Shown here piece by piece: positions 50,887 to 60,976 of a stretch of DNA of 64,000 nucleotides; the stretch's first letter is position 1, and each line of letters opens with the position of its first letter. The notes below the pieces were generated by a model, which was given only the letters and a program-made list of their open reading frames with translations, did no database searches and was not told where the DNA came from. A program made the position numbers and the translations under genes. Origin of the DNA: Candidatus Krumholzibacteriota bacterium (lineage in GTDB: Bacteria > Krumholzibacteriota > Krumholzibacteriia > JAJRXK01); assembly GCA_963764625.1 (NCBI GenBank), contig CAVXTH010000009.1:896001-960000 (forward strand), read 5' to 3'.

Positions 50887-52472
50887 CGCGCGCGGGCTGG
50901 GCTGGCTGGCTGCTCTTTCTTCTCCTCGTGCCGCGGCCGCTCGTTCTTCCCGCGCACTCCCAGGAGAGCGACGAGCTGATCGATCAGTTGGAGGAATGGT
51001 TGGTGGAGCCTCTCGATCTCACCACTGCTACCGCGGACGAACTGGCGCTGTTGCCTTGGTTGGACATGGGATTGGCCACCGCGATCGTGAGCCTGCGGGA
51101 CCACGGCGGACTCTCCACTCTCAGCGATCTGGATCAGGTGGTGGGAATGGACGCGGCGCGCCGAACCGCGTTGACTCCTTTCGTCACCCTGCCCCTACAC
51201 GCGCACGATACGCGCTTTCAATTCGATGGACGCAGTAGCTGGAGGCGAGGTGCTCCCTCGGGTCGGCGCTCCCGGCTGACTCTGCAACGCGATCAACTCA
51301 CGGTTCTCGCACAGCGGGACGAAAGAGTGGATTCCCCTGCCTGCGGCGCAGCCAGTTTGAACGAGAGCTGGGGCGCGCTCGTCCTCGGGGACTTTCGGCC
51401 CTCGCTTTCCTGGCCTCTGCTCCTTTCGAATCCCTCTCTTCGCTCCCGTACCGCGAGTCCTTCCCTGTCGAGCGAGAGCCATCTCAGGCCGCGACTTTCG
51501 AGCACCGGCGAAAGCTGGCGCGGTGGGGGTCTCGAGATCGAAGCAAGAGCGTGGCACCTTCTCCTCGCGAGCGGAACGAAGCGCGGTAACCAGGACACGC
51601 CATTTCTCGCCCTCGTCGAGCATCGGTTTCTGAAGTCGAAGCACTCGACGGTGGGGCTTGCTCTGAGGGACGGTCACCAGGCCGGACTCTTCCTGGGCCT
51701 TATGACCAAGCCGCTCAGCGCACGGTTCGAATGGGTGCGCCGGCTCGTCTTTGCTTCGCCCGGTTCGGATCGCATGGCGGCGGCCCTTCGCTTCCAGCGC
51801 GGTCCGCTGCGCTGGAGCCTGGCCCTGACGCAAGCCGGGCCTTCGGTCCTCGGCGGACAGGATCCAATCACCGGGCAAACTCTCGATCGCGAGCACCGGG
51901 TCCTTCAGACGAGCGGGCGCATCAGTGGTGGAGCTTGGACTTTCGCCGCTTTGGCGCGGCAGCGCCGGCGGGGCCGGATCGGAGGCGCTGAGCTTTCCCG
52001 CCGGTGGCAGTTGGAAGCGGCGGGTCCGCTCGCCACGGCTCGTCTCGACTGCCGCCTGAGGGCCGACGAAGCGCCGGGAACGCCCTCATCTTTCACCCTC
52101 AGTGCGCGCTGGCGAGAACGCTCGCGGACGGGGGCTTGGGCGCGGGGACTTCGCGTCCGTCATCAGAGGGACGGCGTGTCGAGCGCCACTCTCGTGGCCT
52201 TGAGCCTACAGAGAGGCGAGTCCTGGCTCTGGCGCGGAGAATGGGCTCTGGCCCGGGGCGACCGCTCGTCTCCCTGGGCGGTCGGGGTTGCCACGGCGGG
52301 CCTCTCGAGCACTTGGCTTTCGCCCGGAGACTCGGGCTTGCTTCTCGCGCTGGCCCGAAGGGACGCCACCTGTAGCGGGGCGCTCTACCTGCGACTGCGC
52401 GGGGATCTGGGGGGCTCCCCAGAGCTTTCGGGAGGGCTCGGGGTTTCCCTTCGACTTCAAACCCCGCCCTGA
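50883..52472 (+). CDS. ComEA-type helix-hairpin-helix protein fused to probable beta-barrel
   Basis: Signal peptide; PLDLTTATADELALLPWL..AIVSLRDHGGLSTLSDLDQVVGM; LVLGDFR and strand-rich C-terminus. Confidence 0.72.
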   Translation: MTRAGWAGWLLFLLLVPRPLVLPAHSQESDELIDQLEEWLVEPLDLTTATADELALLPWLDMGLATAIVSLRDHGGLSTLSDLDQVVGMDAARRTALTPFVTLPLHAHDTRFQFDGRSSWRRGAPSGRRSRLTLQRDQLTVLAQRDERVDSPACGAASLNESWGALVLGDFRPSLSWPLLLSNPSLRSRTASPSLSSESHLRPRLSSTGESWRGGGLEIEARAWHLLLASGTKRGNQDTPFLALVEHRFLKSKHSTVGLALRDGHQAGLFLGLMTKPLSARFEWVRRLVFASPGSDRMAAALRFQRGPLRWSLALTQAGPSVLGGQDPITGQTLDREHRVLQTSGRISGGAWTFAALARQRRRGRIGGAELSRRWQLEAAGPLATARLDCRLRADEAPGTPSSFTLSARWRERSRTGAWARGLRVRHQRDGVSSATLVALSLQRGESWLWRGEWALARGDRSSPWAVGVATAGLSSTWLSPGDSGLLLALARRDATCSGALYLRLRGDLGGSPELSGGLGVSLRLQTPP

Positions 52473-52478
52473 GGGCAG

Positions 52479-52494
52479 TGGTGTGAGGATTGCA
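52479..52494 (+). promoter_or_regulatory. sigma54-type promoter candidate
   Basis: TGGTGTGAGGATTGCA, GG-N8-TTGCA. Confidence 0.45.
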
Positions 52495-52547
52495 TCTCCT
52501 TTCACGAGGATCCTCCGACGCGAACGTTCTCTCCCTCATGAGGAATC

Positions 52548-54137
52548 ATGAGTCAGTCTCAGGCACCAAGCCGTCTCTTGCCGAGTGAGCCCCTGCTCGA
52601 AATCCGGACACACGCCCTGGCGCACTGCCGGCCCCGACCGGAGGTGCGACGCTGGTTGCGTGACCTGGAGGGGGAGGGCGATCTCGTCGAGCGCGCGAGG
52701 CTTCTCGCGAATACCCTGCGCAAGCGCTTGGGAAGCGAGCTGCTGAAAGACATGCTCGAGGGCCTTCTGGCGCTGGCGGCCGACGGCGACAATTCGGGCA
52801 TTAGTGGACTGGCCGCGCTGGTGGCGGTGAGGGCCCAGGGATCCTCGGTCATCGAAGGCATCTTCGAGTTCCGCCACCTCCACCGGGTTGGAGCGCGCTA
52901 CCGTCACCGCCGCGCGCGCGGCCGCCCGCTCGAGCCCCAGGAAGAGGCTTTGCTCGCAGAGGTCGATGCGGTCGAGAGCGAACTCGTCACGCTCATCCCC
53001 CGTGAGGTCGATCCCTTCGCGCTGCCCTCGCCCCTCGATCTGGGCGCGGCGCGAGTGCCCCGGAAAGTCTTCGCGGTTCTGCACGACGAGTTGCGCGAGC
53101 GAGGCGAGCTCGACGAGCAGAAACTCCTGGCTTTCCTGCGGCTCGCGCGCCTGGAGCAGCGGGCGGCCCAGCAACGTGCATCCGCCGTCGCGGGGGGCAT
53201 CAACCCCTTTGCGGTCAAGGCGGTGAGCGAAGTGATGCCGCGCCTGGCGGATCTCGACACCGAGATCCGGGACGTGGCAAACTTCCTAGATGCCTTGGAG
53301 GAAAAGCGGAATTGCAATCTCTTCCACCAGCAGGACTCGGTGCTCCGTGACGCTCTCGCCCCTGACGAGTTCGCGCGACTCGAGCAGCTGTGCGCGTCAG
53401 AGGAAGCGCTACATCCTCTGGAAGGTCTACTGAGAGGTCTCACCGAGAATCCTCTGGAGGGCAAGGCGCTGGCCTATTACTCCCAACAGATCATGAAGAT
53501 CGGCCAGCAACTCTTCTTGGCCGGAATCCGACCCATCCCCATCGACTGTCTCGAATCCGTTCTCTACTCGTACCAGTACGCACAAGAACACGGAGTGCGG
53601 ATTCCAGTGGGGCCAAGCGTGGCCTCCAGGCTGGGCGATGCGATGATCGAAGGGGTCAGCATCGCCGACGGCGCGCTGATCGTGCCCTTCGATCTGCACG
53701 CCGCGCGACGGGTGAGGGCTCCTCTGGGCCTGCCATTCCCTCCATCGTCGCAAGAGGACGAGAGCGAGGACAAGGGCGACGTGAAGAAACTCGTCATGAC
53801 CAACATCAACAACACCAGCATCCTGCTGGGTTTGTTGCGGAACCCGAAGGTGGTGAACAAGCCGGGGATGGTGGGCTTCATCGCGAACGCGTGCCGCATG
53901 CCCGCGGTGCTCGAATACATCGCCACCACCAAGAGGCTTCACTCCGGCTTCGCCAACAAAGACGTGCCCCTAGCGATCGTCCGCTCGCCGGTGCGGCTGC
54001 CGGTGAAACTGGTTCGGCGCTTCATCCACGTGAAGTACATCCGCGGTGTCGAACTGCGACGTCTCGCCCGCGACAAGTCGGGCCTGCGCCGTGAAATCTA
54101 CGACGAGATCCAAGACTACCTCGGCAGCCTGGGTTAG
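52548..54137 (+). CDS. Hypothetical cytoplasmic alpha-helical protein
   Basis: 529-aa ORF with GAGGA RBS; basic helical C-terminal domain LLRNPKV..KDVPLAIVRSP..ELRRLARDK. Confidence 0.72.
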   Translation: MSQSQAPSRLLPSEPLLEIRTHALAHCRPRPEVRRWLRDLEGEGDLVERARLLANTLRKRLGSELLKDMLEGLLALAADGDNSGISGLAALVAVRAQGSSVIEGIFEFRHLHRVGARYRHRRARGRPLEPQEEALLAEVDAVESELVTLIPREVDPFALPSPLDLGAARVPRKVFAVLHDELRERGELDEQKLLAFLRLARLEQRAAQQRASAVAGGINPFAVKAVSEVMPRLADLDTEIRDVANFLDALEEKRNCNLFHQQDSVLRDALAPDEFARLEQLCASEEALHPLEGLLRGLTENPLEGKALAYYSQQIMKIGQQLFLAGIRPIPIDCLESVLYSYQYAQEHGVRIPVGPSVASRLGDAMIEGVSIADGALIVPFDLHAARRVRAPLGLPFPPSSQEDESEDKGDVKKLVMTNINNTSILLGLLRNPKVVNKPGMVGFIANACRMPAVLEYIATTKRLHSGFANKDVPLAIVRSPVRLPVKLVRRFIHVKYIRGVELRRLARDKSGLRREIYDEIQDYLGSLG

Positions 54138-54315
54138 CTACGCGGACCCGGTGGCACGAGCCCGAGAGAATCGACTTGGCCGCCGAACGCCCTCGTTCGC
54201 GCATCCTTCCCATCCTTATTTTCTTTCTCAGGGGTGCTTGGAGTTTTCCCCCCGGAAGGACTACATTCGCGGAGTCTGATCTCAAATCCCGAACCCAGGT
54301 GGGGAGGTAGCCATC

Positions 54316-55488
54316 GTGGCGAAAGAACTGGCGTCTAGGATGGATCGACTCGGCACGGAGACCGCGTTCGAGGTCTTGGCTCGGGCCAAGAAGCTCGAGG
54401 CCGAGGGAAAGAGCGTCGTGCATCTGGAAATCGGCGAACCCGATTTCGATACTCCCGCCAACATCGTGGAAGCCGCGGTCAAGGCGCTGAAGAACGGCGC
54501 CACGCACTATGGGCCTTCTGCCGGTCTCCCCGAGGCGAGGAAGAGCTTCGCGAAGTGGTTCAGCCAGGATCGCGGGGTTGAGGTCAGTCCCGATCAGATC
54601 GTGATCACGCCGGGCGCGAAGCCCATCATCTATTTCGTCCTCACCGCGCTGGTCGAGCCGGGTGACGAGGTCATCTATCCCAACCCGGGTTTTCCCATCT
54701 ACGAATCGATGATCCAGTTTTCCGGGGGCAAAGGGATCCCGCTTCCTCTGCGCGAAGAAAACGGATTTAGCTTCGATCCCGACGAGTTGCGCCGTCTCGC
54801 AAGCAACAAGACCAAGTTGATCATCATCAACACTCCGGGCAATCCCTGCGGGGGGGTCCTGTCTCCGGAAGATCTGAATGCGGTGGCTGAAGTGGCCAAG
54901 GAGCACGATTGCTGGGTGCTGAGCGATGAGATCTATTCCAAGATCATCTACGATCGCAAGCATCACAGCATGCTCGAGATCGATGGGATGAAGGATCGCG
55001 CCATCGTGCTCGACGGACATTCGAAGACCTACGCCATGACCGGTTGGCGTCTCGGCTTCGGGGTCATGCCCGAAAGTCTCGCGCCCAGCATCGCGCGTCT
55101 GCAGACCAACTCCACTTCGTGCACCTCCACCTTCACCCAGATCGCGGGAGTGGAAGCTCTGCTCGGCGATCAATCGGGTGCGCAGGCCATGGTGAAGGAG
55201 TTCAAGGCGCGCCGGGACCTTGTCGTGGGTCTCTTGAACGACGTGCCCGGAGTGAGCTGCCTCACCCCCGGAGGCGCTTTCTACGTCTTTCCCAACATCA
55301 AGAAACTGGGCGTACCATGCCGCGAATTCGCGTCGACCCTGCTCGACGAATACGGAGTGGCGGCGTTGGCGGGCACTTCCTTCGGTTCCTACGGCGACGG
55401 TTATCTCAGATTCAGTTACGCCAACTCGCGAGAAAATCTCGCGGAGGGGGTCTCCCGTCTGAAGTCCTACGCGGAATCCCTGCAGTGA
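54316..55488 (+). CDS. PLP-dependent class I aminotransferase (aspartate aminotransferase-like)
   Basis: IGEPDF, NTPGNPCG, LSDEIY, SKTYAMTGWRLG, GAFYVF. Confidence 0.93.
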   Translation: MAKELASRMDRLGTETAFEVLARAKKLEAEGKSVVHLEIGEPDFDTPANIVEAAVKALKNGATHYGPSAGLPEARKSFAKWFSQDRGVEVSPDQIVITPGAKPIIYFVLTALVEPGDEVIYPNPGFPIYESMIQFSGGKGIPLPLREENGFSFDPDELRRLASNKTKLIIINTPGNPCGGVLSPEDLNAVAEVAKEHDCWVLSDEIYSKIIYDRKHHSMLEIDGMKDRAIVLDGHSKTYAMTGWRLGFGVMPESLAPSIARLQTNSTSCTSTFTQIAGVEALLGDQSGAQAMVKEFKARRDLVVGLLNDVPGVSCLTPGGAFYVFPNIKKLGVPCREFASTLLDEYGVAALAGTSFGSYGDGYLRFSYANSRENLAEGVSRLKSYAESLQ

Positions 55489-55545
55489 GGACTTCGCCGC
55501 GGCGGCCGAGTTCTAAAGGCGGTCCCGGTTGAGTCGAAAGGAAGC

Positions 55546-56811
55546 ATGGCTGGCAGAGTCTTGATCATCGGAAGCGGCGGTCGCGAACACGCCCTTGCCT
55601 GGAAGTTGGCCGCGTCCGAGGGAGTGGAAGAGGTCCTGGTGGCGCCGGGCAACGACGCCATGAGTGACTGCGCCCAACTCATCGACGCCGACGATGAGCA
55701 AGGGTGGATCGACGCGGCGCGTCACCACCGGGTCGATCTGGTGGTCATCGGTCCCGAGAAACCTCTGGTCGAGGGTCTGGCCGATCGCCTGAGAGCGGAG
55801 GGCTTTCTGGTCTTCGGTCCCTCGGCGAGGGCCGCTTTACTAGAAGGCGACAAGGCGTTCGCCAAGGAATTCATGCGGGCCGCCGGCGTTCCCTGTGCGC
55901 GCTCCGAGAACTTCACGCAATTCGACGACGCTTTGCACTGGCTCAAGCGCAATGGGGGCCCCTGCGTGGTGAAGGCCAGTGGGCTGGCCGCGGGCAAGGG
56001 CGTGAGCGTCTGCGATGACGCAGGCCAGGCAGAAACGGCTCTCCGGCGGATGCTCGTCGAGAGAGCATTCGGGGTGGCGGGAGACGTGGTTTTGCTGGAG
56101 GAGAGGCTCTTCGGGCCGGAGCTTTCCGTGTTCGCGCTGCTCGATGGAACGCGCGCGGCGTGGTTCGCGCCGAGTCGTGACCACAAGCGCCTGCGCGACG
56201 GCGACCAGGGGCCCAATACCGGCGGAATGGGCGCCTACACCCCGGTGGCCGAGGCGAACCAAGCCCTGATGGAACGGGTTCACGAGGAAATTCTAGGTCC
56301 CACGCTTGTTGAATTGCGTCGCCGCAGGCTGGAGTATCGCGGTCTGCTCTACCTCGGTCTGATTCTCACGAAAGACGGACCAAAGTTGCTCGAATACAAT
56401 TGCCGCTTTGGAGATCCGGAAACCCAAGTCGTTCTTCCCGTGTTCCCGGGGGATCTTTACGCCCTGCTCGCAGGTGTGGCGAGGGGTGAACTGCCCGTGC
56501 AAGGCGCTCTTGCGGCCGAGGGCGCGGCAGTGGGAATCGTCTTGGCTTCGGAGGGATATCCGGCGCGGCCGAGGGTGGACCGCGTCATTTCGGGTCTGGA
56601 TTCGTTGGCGGAAGAAGCTCTCATCTTCCACGCGGGAACCCGCCGGGAGGGAGGGAGCTGGCGGACCGCCGGAGGGCGCGTACTGTGTGCCGTGGCGCGC
56701 GCCGCGACGGTGCCCTTGGCCCAAGAGAAGGCTTTGGCTGTGGCGACGAGCTTGCATTTCGAGGGAGTACAACTGCGCACGGACATCGCAGCAAAGGAGG
56801 GAAGCGCTTGA
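55546..56811 (+). CDS. purD: Phosphoribosylamine--glycine ligase
   Basis: GSGGREHALAW, GLAAGKGV, DHKR, GPNTGGMG, EYNCRFGDPE. Confidence 0.97.
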   Translation: MAGRVLIIGSGGREHALAWKLAASEGVEEVLVAPGNDAMSDCAQLIDADDEQGWIDAARHHRVDLVVIGPEKPLVEGLADRLRAEGFLVFGPSARAALLEGDKAFAKEFMRAAGVPCARSENFTQFDDALHWLKRNGGPCVVKASGLAAGKGVSVCDDAGQAETALRRMLVERAFGVAGDVVLLEERLFGPELSVFALLDGTRAAWFAPSRDHKRLRDGDQGPNTGGMGAYTPVAEANQALMERVHEEILGPTLVELRRRRLEYRGLLYLGLILTKDGPKLLEYNCRFGDPETQVVLPVFPGDLYALLAGVARGELPVQGALAAEGAAVGIVLASEGYPARPRVDRVISGLDSLAEEALIFHAGTRREGGSWRTAGGRVLCAVARAATVPLAQEKALAVATSLHFEGVQLRTDIAAKEGSA

Positions 56812-57287
56812 GTCCTGAATCTCAACCCATGGTCTGCATAATTTCGGGAAGTCCCAGTGACGCCGAGATGGTGAATGCCTGCGCCGCCGTCCTCGACCGC
56901 TACGGGATACCCCACGAGGACCGGGTCATCAGCGCCCACCGTCAGGCGGATCGTCTCCGCGCGTGGGTGAAAGAAGTCGAGGGACGTGGATGTGAGCTCT
57001 TCATCGCCATGGCCGGCATGGCGGCGCACCTCCCGGGCGTAGTCGCGTCGCTCAGCCCCAAGCCGGTGCTCGGAGTGCCCCTGCCGGGAGGCATCCTGGA
57101 CGGCATGGATGCCCTGCTCTCCATCGTTCAGATGCCGGGTGGGGTCCCGGTGGGAACTTTGGCTGTCGGCAAGGCGGGAGCCATGAACGCCGCCCATCTG
57201 GCCGCCCGGATCCTGGCCCTGTCCAAGCCCGAACTCGGCCATGAGGTCGAGGCAGTCCGGCGTGAAATGGCCGAGGGGAGACCTTGA
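56808..57287 (+). CDS. purE: N5-CAIR mutase
   Basis: GSPSD, ISAHR, AGMAAHLPG, PVLGVP, SIVQMPGGVPV, NAA. Confidence 0.95.
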   Translation: MSPESQPMVCIISGSPSDAEMVNACAAVLDRYGIPHEDRVISAHRQADRLRAWVKEVEGRGCELFIAMAGMAAHLPGVVASLSPKPVLGVPLPGGILDGMDALLSIVQMPGGVPVGTLAVGKAGAMNAAHLAARILALSKPELGHEVEAVRREMAEGRP

Positions 57288-57853
57288 ACGCGGCGGAGAC
57301 CCTCCGCGCGGGCAAGGTCGTTCTTCTGGACACGGACACCCTTCCCGGTCTGCACGCTCTGGCCTCAGGGAAAGGCGCGACACGGAAGCTACGCGATCTC
57401 AAGGGCTCGCCACAGGGGCGCCCCTTCCTGCTCCTCTTTGCCTGCCTCGAAGACGTGCTGCGGTACGCGCATCCACCCCAAGAGGACAGACTCGCCCTGC
57501 TCCGCCGCGCCTGGCCCGGTCCTCTGACCGCGCTGCTTGGGCCCAGCGAGCGGGCGTTGCCGGAATGGGTGGCGAAGGAGGGAAGCATCGCGGCGCGCGT
57601 GCCCGCCTGCGCCCCTCTGCGATCGCTCCTCGCCGAGCTGGGAGCGCCTCTTTTCAGCACGAGCGCGAACCGGGCCGGTGAATCCCCAGCGACGAGCCTT
57701 CAGGAGGCTTCCGCGCGCTTTCCGCAGCTTGCCGCCTTCTCGCTGGGGGACGCTTCGCCCGGGGTTGCTTCGACTTTGGTGGATCTGCGCGGCGAAACCG
57801 TCGAGATTCTACGTCGCGGACACGCGCCGTGGCCACCAATCGCCCCGGCTTGA
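57284..57853 (+). CDS. tsaC: L-threonylcarbamoyladenylate synthase (TsaC/Sua5-YrdC)
   Basis: TDTLPGL, WPGPLT, ARVP, STSAN, STLVD. Confidence 0.85.
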   Translation: MNAAETLRAGKVVLLDTDTLPGLHALASGKGATRKLRDLKGSPQGRPFLLLFACLEDVLRYAHPPQEDRLALLRRAWPGPLTALLGPSERALPEWVAKEGSIAARVPACAPLRSLLAELGAPLFSTSANRAGESPATSLQEASARFPQLAAFSLGDASPGVASTLVDLRGETVEILRRGHAPWPPIAPA

Positions 57854-57878
57854 CTTTGCGCCACTGGGCGGATAGCTT
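57850..57878 (+). promoter_or_regulatory. sigma70-type promoter; -35 contains tsaC stop codon
   Basis: TTGACT-17 nt-TAGCTT. Confidence 0.5.
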
Positions 57879-57911
57879 TCAGCGGCGAAACTCACAACTT
57901 ACGATTTCACT

Positions 57912-58382
57912 ATGAGTTCTCTTCTTTTTGTGTGTACCGGCAACAGCTGCAGGAGCCCTATGGCCGAGGTTCTGGCCCGCCGCCTCTTGGCTTCGCCCGG
58001 AACCCTCGTGCACGTGTCCTCCGCCGGCTTGCATGCTGAGGCGGGACAACCCGCCAGCGAGAACGCGCGCGCGGTGGCTCGCGAGAAGGGGGAGGATCTC
58101 TCCACGCATCGCACGCGCATGCTCGACCGCGCGCTCGTCAGGGAGAGCGATCTGATTCTCACCATGACACGGGCTCACCGAGACGAGATCTTGCGAGAGT
58201 ATCCTTCGGCCCGGGGAAGGGTTTATTCTCTGTCCGAATTCTCCGGACTGAGCGGACAGGGTGACCTGGTCGATCCGTACGGGGGCGATCTGTCGCGTTA
58301 CCGGGAAACCTGGGCTTCGATCGAATCCCACCTGCGAGCGGCTCGGACGCGACTCGTGAAGACCCTGGAGGAGAGCCGATGA
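57912..58382 (+). CDS. Low-molecular-weight protein (arginine/tyrosine) phosphatase
   Basis: [22 protein letters not shown]; tsaC-LMWP-glyA synteny. Confidence 0.9.
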   Translation: MSSLLFVCTGNSCRSPMAEVLARRLLASPGTLVHVSSAGLHAEAGQPASENARAVAREKGEDLSTHRTRMLDRALVRESDLILTMTRAHRDEILREYPSARGRVYSLSEFSGLSGQGDLVDPYGGDLSRYRETWASIESHLRAARTRLVKTLEESR

Positions 58383-59627
58383 ACGACCTGAAATCCGTTG
58401 ATCCCGCCATCGCCGAAGTGCTGACGAACGAACTCAACCGTCAGCGTGGGCAACTCGAGATGATCGCCAGCGAGAATTTCACCAGCCTGGCGGTCATGGA
58501 GGCGATGGGAAGCGTACTCACGAACAAGTACGCGGAAGGTTATCCCGGACGCCGCTACTACGGGGGCTGCGAATTCGTGGACGAGGCGGAGAGACTGGCG
58601 CGCGACCGGGCCAAGGAACTCTTCGGGGCCGCCTACGCCAACGTGCAGCCTCACTCGGGCTCTTCCGCAAATCTCACCGCCTACCTCGCCTTCGTACAGC
58701 CCGGTTCCAAGGTCTTGGGTCTCAGCTTGAGTCACGGAGGTCACCTCACCCACGGGCATCACGTGAATTTCAGCGGTATGCTCTTCGATGCTCACCACTA
58801 CGAGGTGGACCGCGAAACGGAGACGATTGACTACGACGCTTTGCAGAAGCAGTGCGAGACCCTGCGCCCCGCGCTCTTGGTCACCGGCAGCAGCGCGTAT
58901 CCTCGCGCGTGGGATTTCAAGAGGCTGGGCGCGATCAGCCGCGAACTGGAGATTCCTCTGCTAGTGGACATGGCGCACTTCGCTGGACTCGTCGCGGCGA
59001 AGCTGCATCCGGATCCCGTTCCGTACGCGACCGTGGTCACCTCCACCACGCACAAGACCCTGCGTGGTCCGCGCGGGGGGCTGATTCTTACCAAGGATCC
59101 CGAGAGCTCGAAAGCGGTCAACAAGATCAACTTTCCCGGAACGCAGGGCGGGCCGTTCATGCACGTCATCGCGGCCAAGGCGGTCTGTTTCCTGGAGGCG
59201 ATGCGGGAACCCTTCCTTCTCGACCAGCGCCAGACCGTCGCCAACGCCAAGAGACTCGGGGAAAAGCTGGTGGAACAGGGCCTGCGATTGGTGAGCGGTG
59301 GAACCGATACACACCTGCTCCTGGTCGACGTGCGGGGCAAGAACCTCACCGGCAAGATGGCCGAAGAAATCCTCGAAAAGCGTCGGAATCACGGTGAACA
59401 AGAACACGATCCCCTTCGATCCCGAATCCCCTTTCGTCACCAGCGGGATCCGCATTGGTACTCCCGCGTTGACGACGCGGGGCATGAAGGAAGACGAGAT
59501 GGACGAAATTGCCGAGATCATCGGACGGGCTCTGAGCGTAGGGATGCAGAGCTCGGAGCTCGAGGGTTTGAGAAAGCGGAGCCGGCAGCTCGCCGATGCT
59601 CATCCGCTCTACCCGGAATTGGGTTGA
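58379..59627 (+). CDS. glyA: Serine hydroxymethyltransferase; frameshift ~59380
   Basis: [32 protein letters not shown]; C-terminus GITVNKN..SGIRIGT in ORF 59298..59627. Confidence 0.96.
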
Positions 59628-59644
59628 GAGGGAAGGTCTAGCGC

Positions 59645-60124
59645 GTGCGTTGCCCGAACTGCGGAAATCTCGAGGACAGAGTGGTGGATTCGCGTTCCAC
59701 CAAGGAAGGCGCGGCGATCCGACGGCGCAGGGAATGTGTGAACTGCTCGCATCGATTCACCACCTACGAATACGTGGAACGCACGTCGGCTCTGGTCGTA
59801 AAGAAGGACGGCCGCCGGCAGAACTACGATCGTGATCGTCTCTTGGCGGGAGTGATTCAAGCTTGTCACAAGCGACCGGTGACCCGCGAGGAAATCGATG
59901 CTCTGGCCGATCGAGTCGAAGCCATCATCTTCGCTCCCGCGCGCGAAGAAATTCCCAGCGAGGAAATCGGAAGAGCGGTGATGGAGGAACTCGAGAAGCT
60001 CGACGACGTGGCCTATCTCCGTTTCGCGTCGGTCTATCGGAGTTTCCAGAGTGCCAACCAGTTCATGGACGAGTTGCGTTCCCTCCTGAAGCGCGACGCA
60101 GGGCGGTCCACGAAAGGTACGTGA
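59645..60124 (+). CDS. nrdR: Transcriptional repressor NrdR
   Basis: MRCPNC..VVDSR..IRRRREC..RFTTYE, VAYLRFASVY. Confidence 0.97.
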   Translation: MRCPNCGNLEDRVVDSRSTKEGAAIRRRRECVNCSHRFTTYEYVERTSALVVKKDGRRQNYDRDRLLAGVIQACHKRPVTREEIDALADRVEAIIFAPAREEIPSEEIGRAVMEELEKLDDVAYLRFASVYRSFQSANQFMDELRSLLKRDAGRSTKGT

Positions 60125-60128
60125 AGCC

Positions 60129-60888
60129 ATGGGCCCGCGAGCTGGCAAGTCCGGCCATGAGATGACGATGTTCGAGCACATCGCGGAGCTCAGAAAGACC
60201 ATACTCTGGGCTTTCGGCATGGCTCTCGTCGCCACCATCGTCGCCTGGTTCTTCAGCGATCAGATTGTGAACGGGCTGCTCGGACCGGCCCGTAAAGCGG
60301 GGCAGGAGAGTCTTTACTTCACTGCTCCCATGGAGGCCTTTCTGCTCAAGCTGAAAGCCTCCACCGCGGTGGGACTCTTCCTGGTGCTTCCGCTTCATGC
60401 TCCTTAAAATCTATAGCTTCGTCACGCCCGGCTTACGCCCTCGTGAAAAACGAGTCGTGACTCCAATGTTGTTGACGGCGACTGGATTATTCTACGTGGG
60501 AGTCGCCTTTTGTTTTTTCATCCTCTTGCCCTTGGTAATCCGCTTTGCGGTCGGTTTCGCGACGGAACAGCTGCAACCTCTCCTCACGGCGCGCGAATAC
60601 TTCGATCTGGCGGTAAGGCTCTGTCTGGCGTTTGGGCTGCTCTTCGAGCTGCCGATGGTGGTCCTGGCCCTCTCCTGGGCCGGCGTGGTGCATCCCAGAA
60701 TGTTGCTCAGAGGCTGGCGCTACGCTCTCATCGCCATCCTGGCCGTCTCGGCGATCTTGACCCCTCCCGACGTGATCAGTCAGGTGATGCTGGCCGGTCC
60801 GGTCATGCTTCTCTACATGGGCAGTGTGATCGTGGCGCTGGTCATCCGCAGGCGCAAGGACCGTAACTCGGCCGACATTGACAGCTAG
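60129..60888 (+). CDS. tatC: Twin-arginine translocase TatC; frameshift ~60395
   Basis: EHIAELR, PMEAF..KLK, FVTPGL, FELP, LTPPDVISQ. Confidence 0.93.
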
Positions 60889-60906
60889 CAGCGACAATTG
60901 TATACC
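60878..60906 (+). promoter_or_regulatory. Possible sigma70-type promoter at tatC 3' end
   Basis: TTGACA-17 nt-TATACC. Confidence 0.35.
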
Positions 60907-60976
60907 TGTAAGGCTCTTGCGCGATCCCTCCGGGGCTCGCCCGAAGGTCACATCTCCTTTGAAGGCAGGGTTTCCA

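Noticed and set aside
54152-54167. sigma54 promoter before the aminotransferase (TGGCACG)
   Set aside because: -24 element present but no TGC at the -12 position
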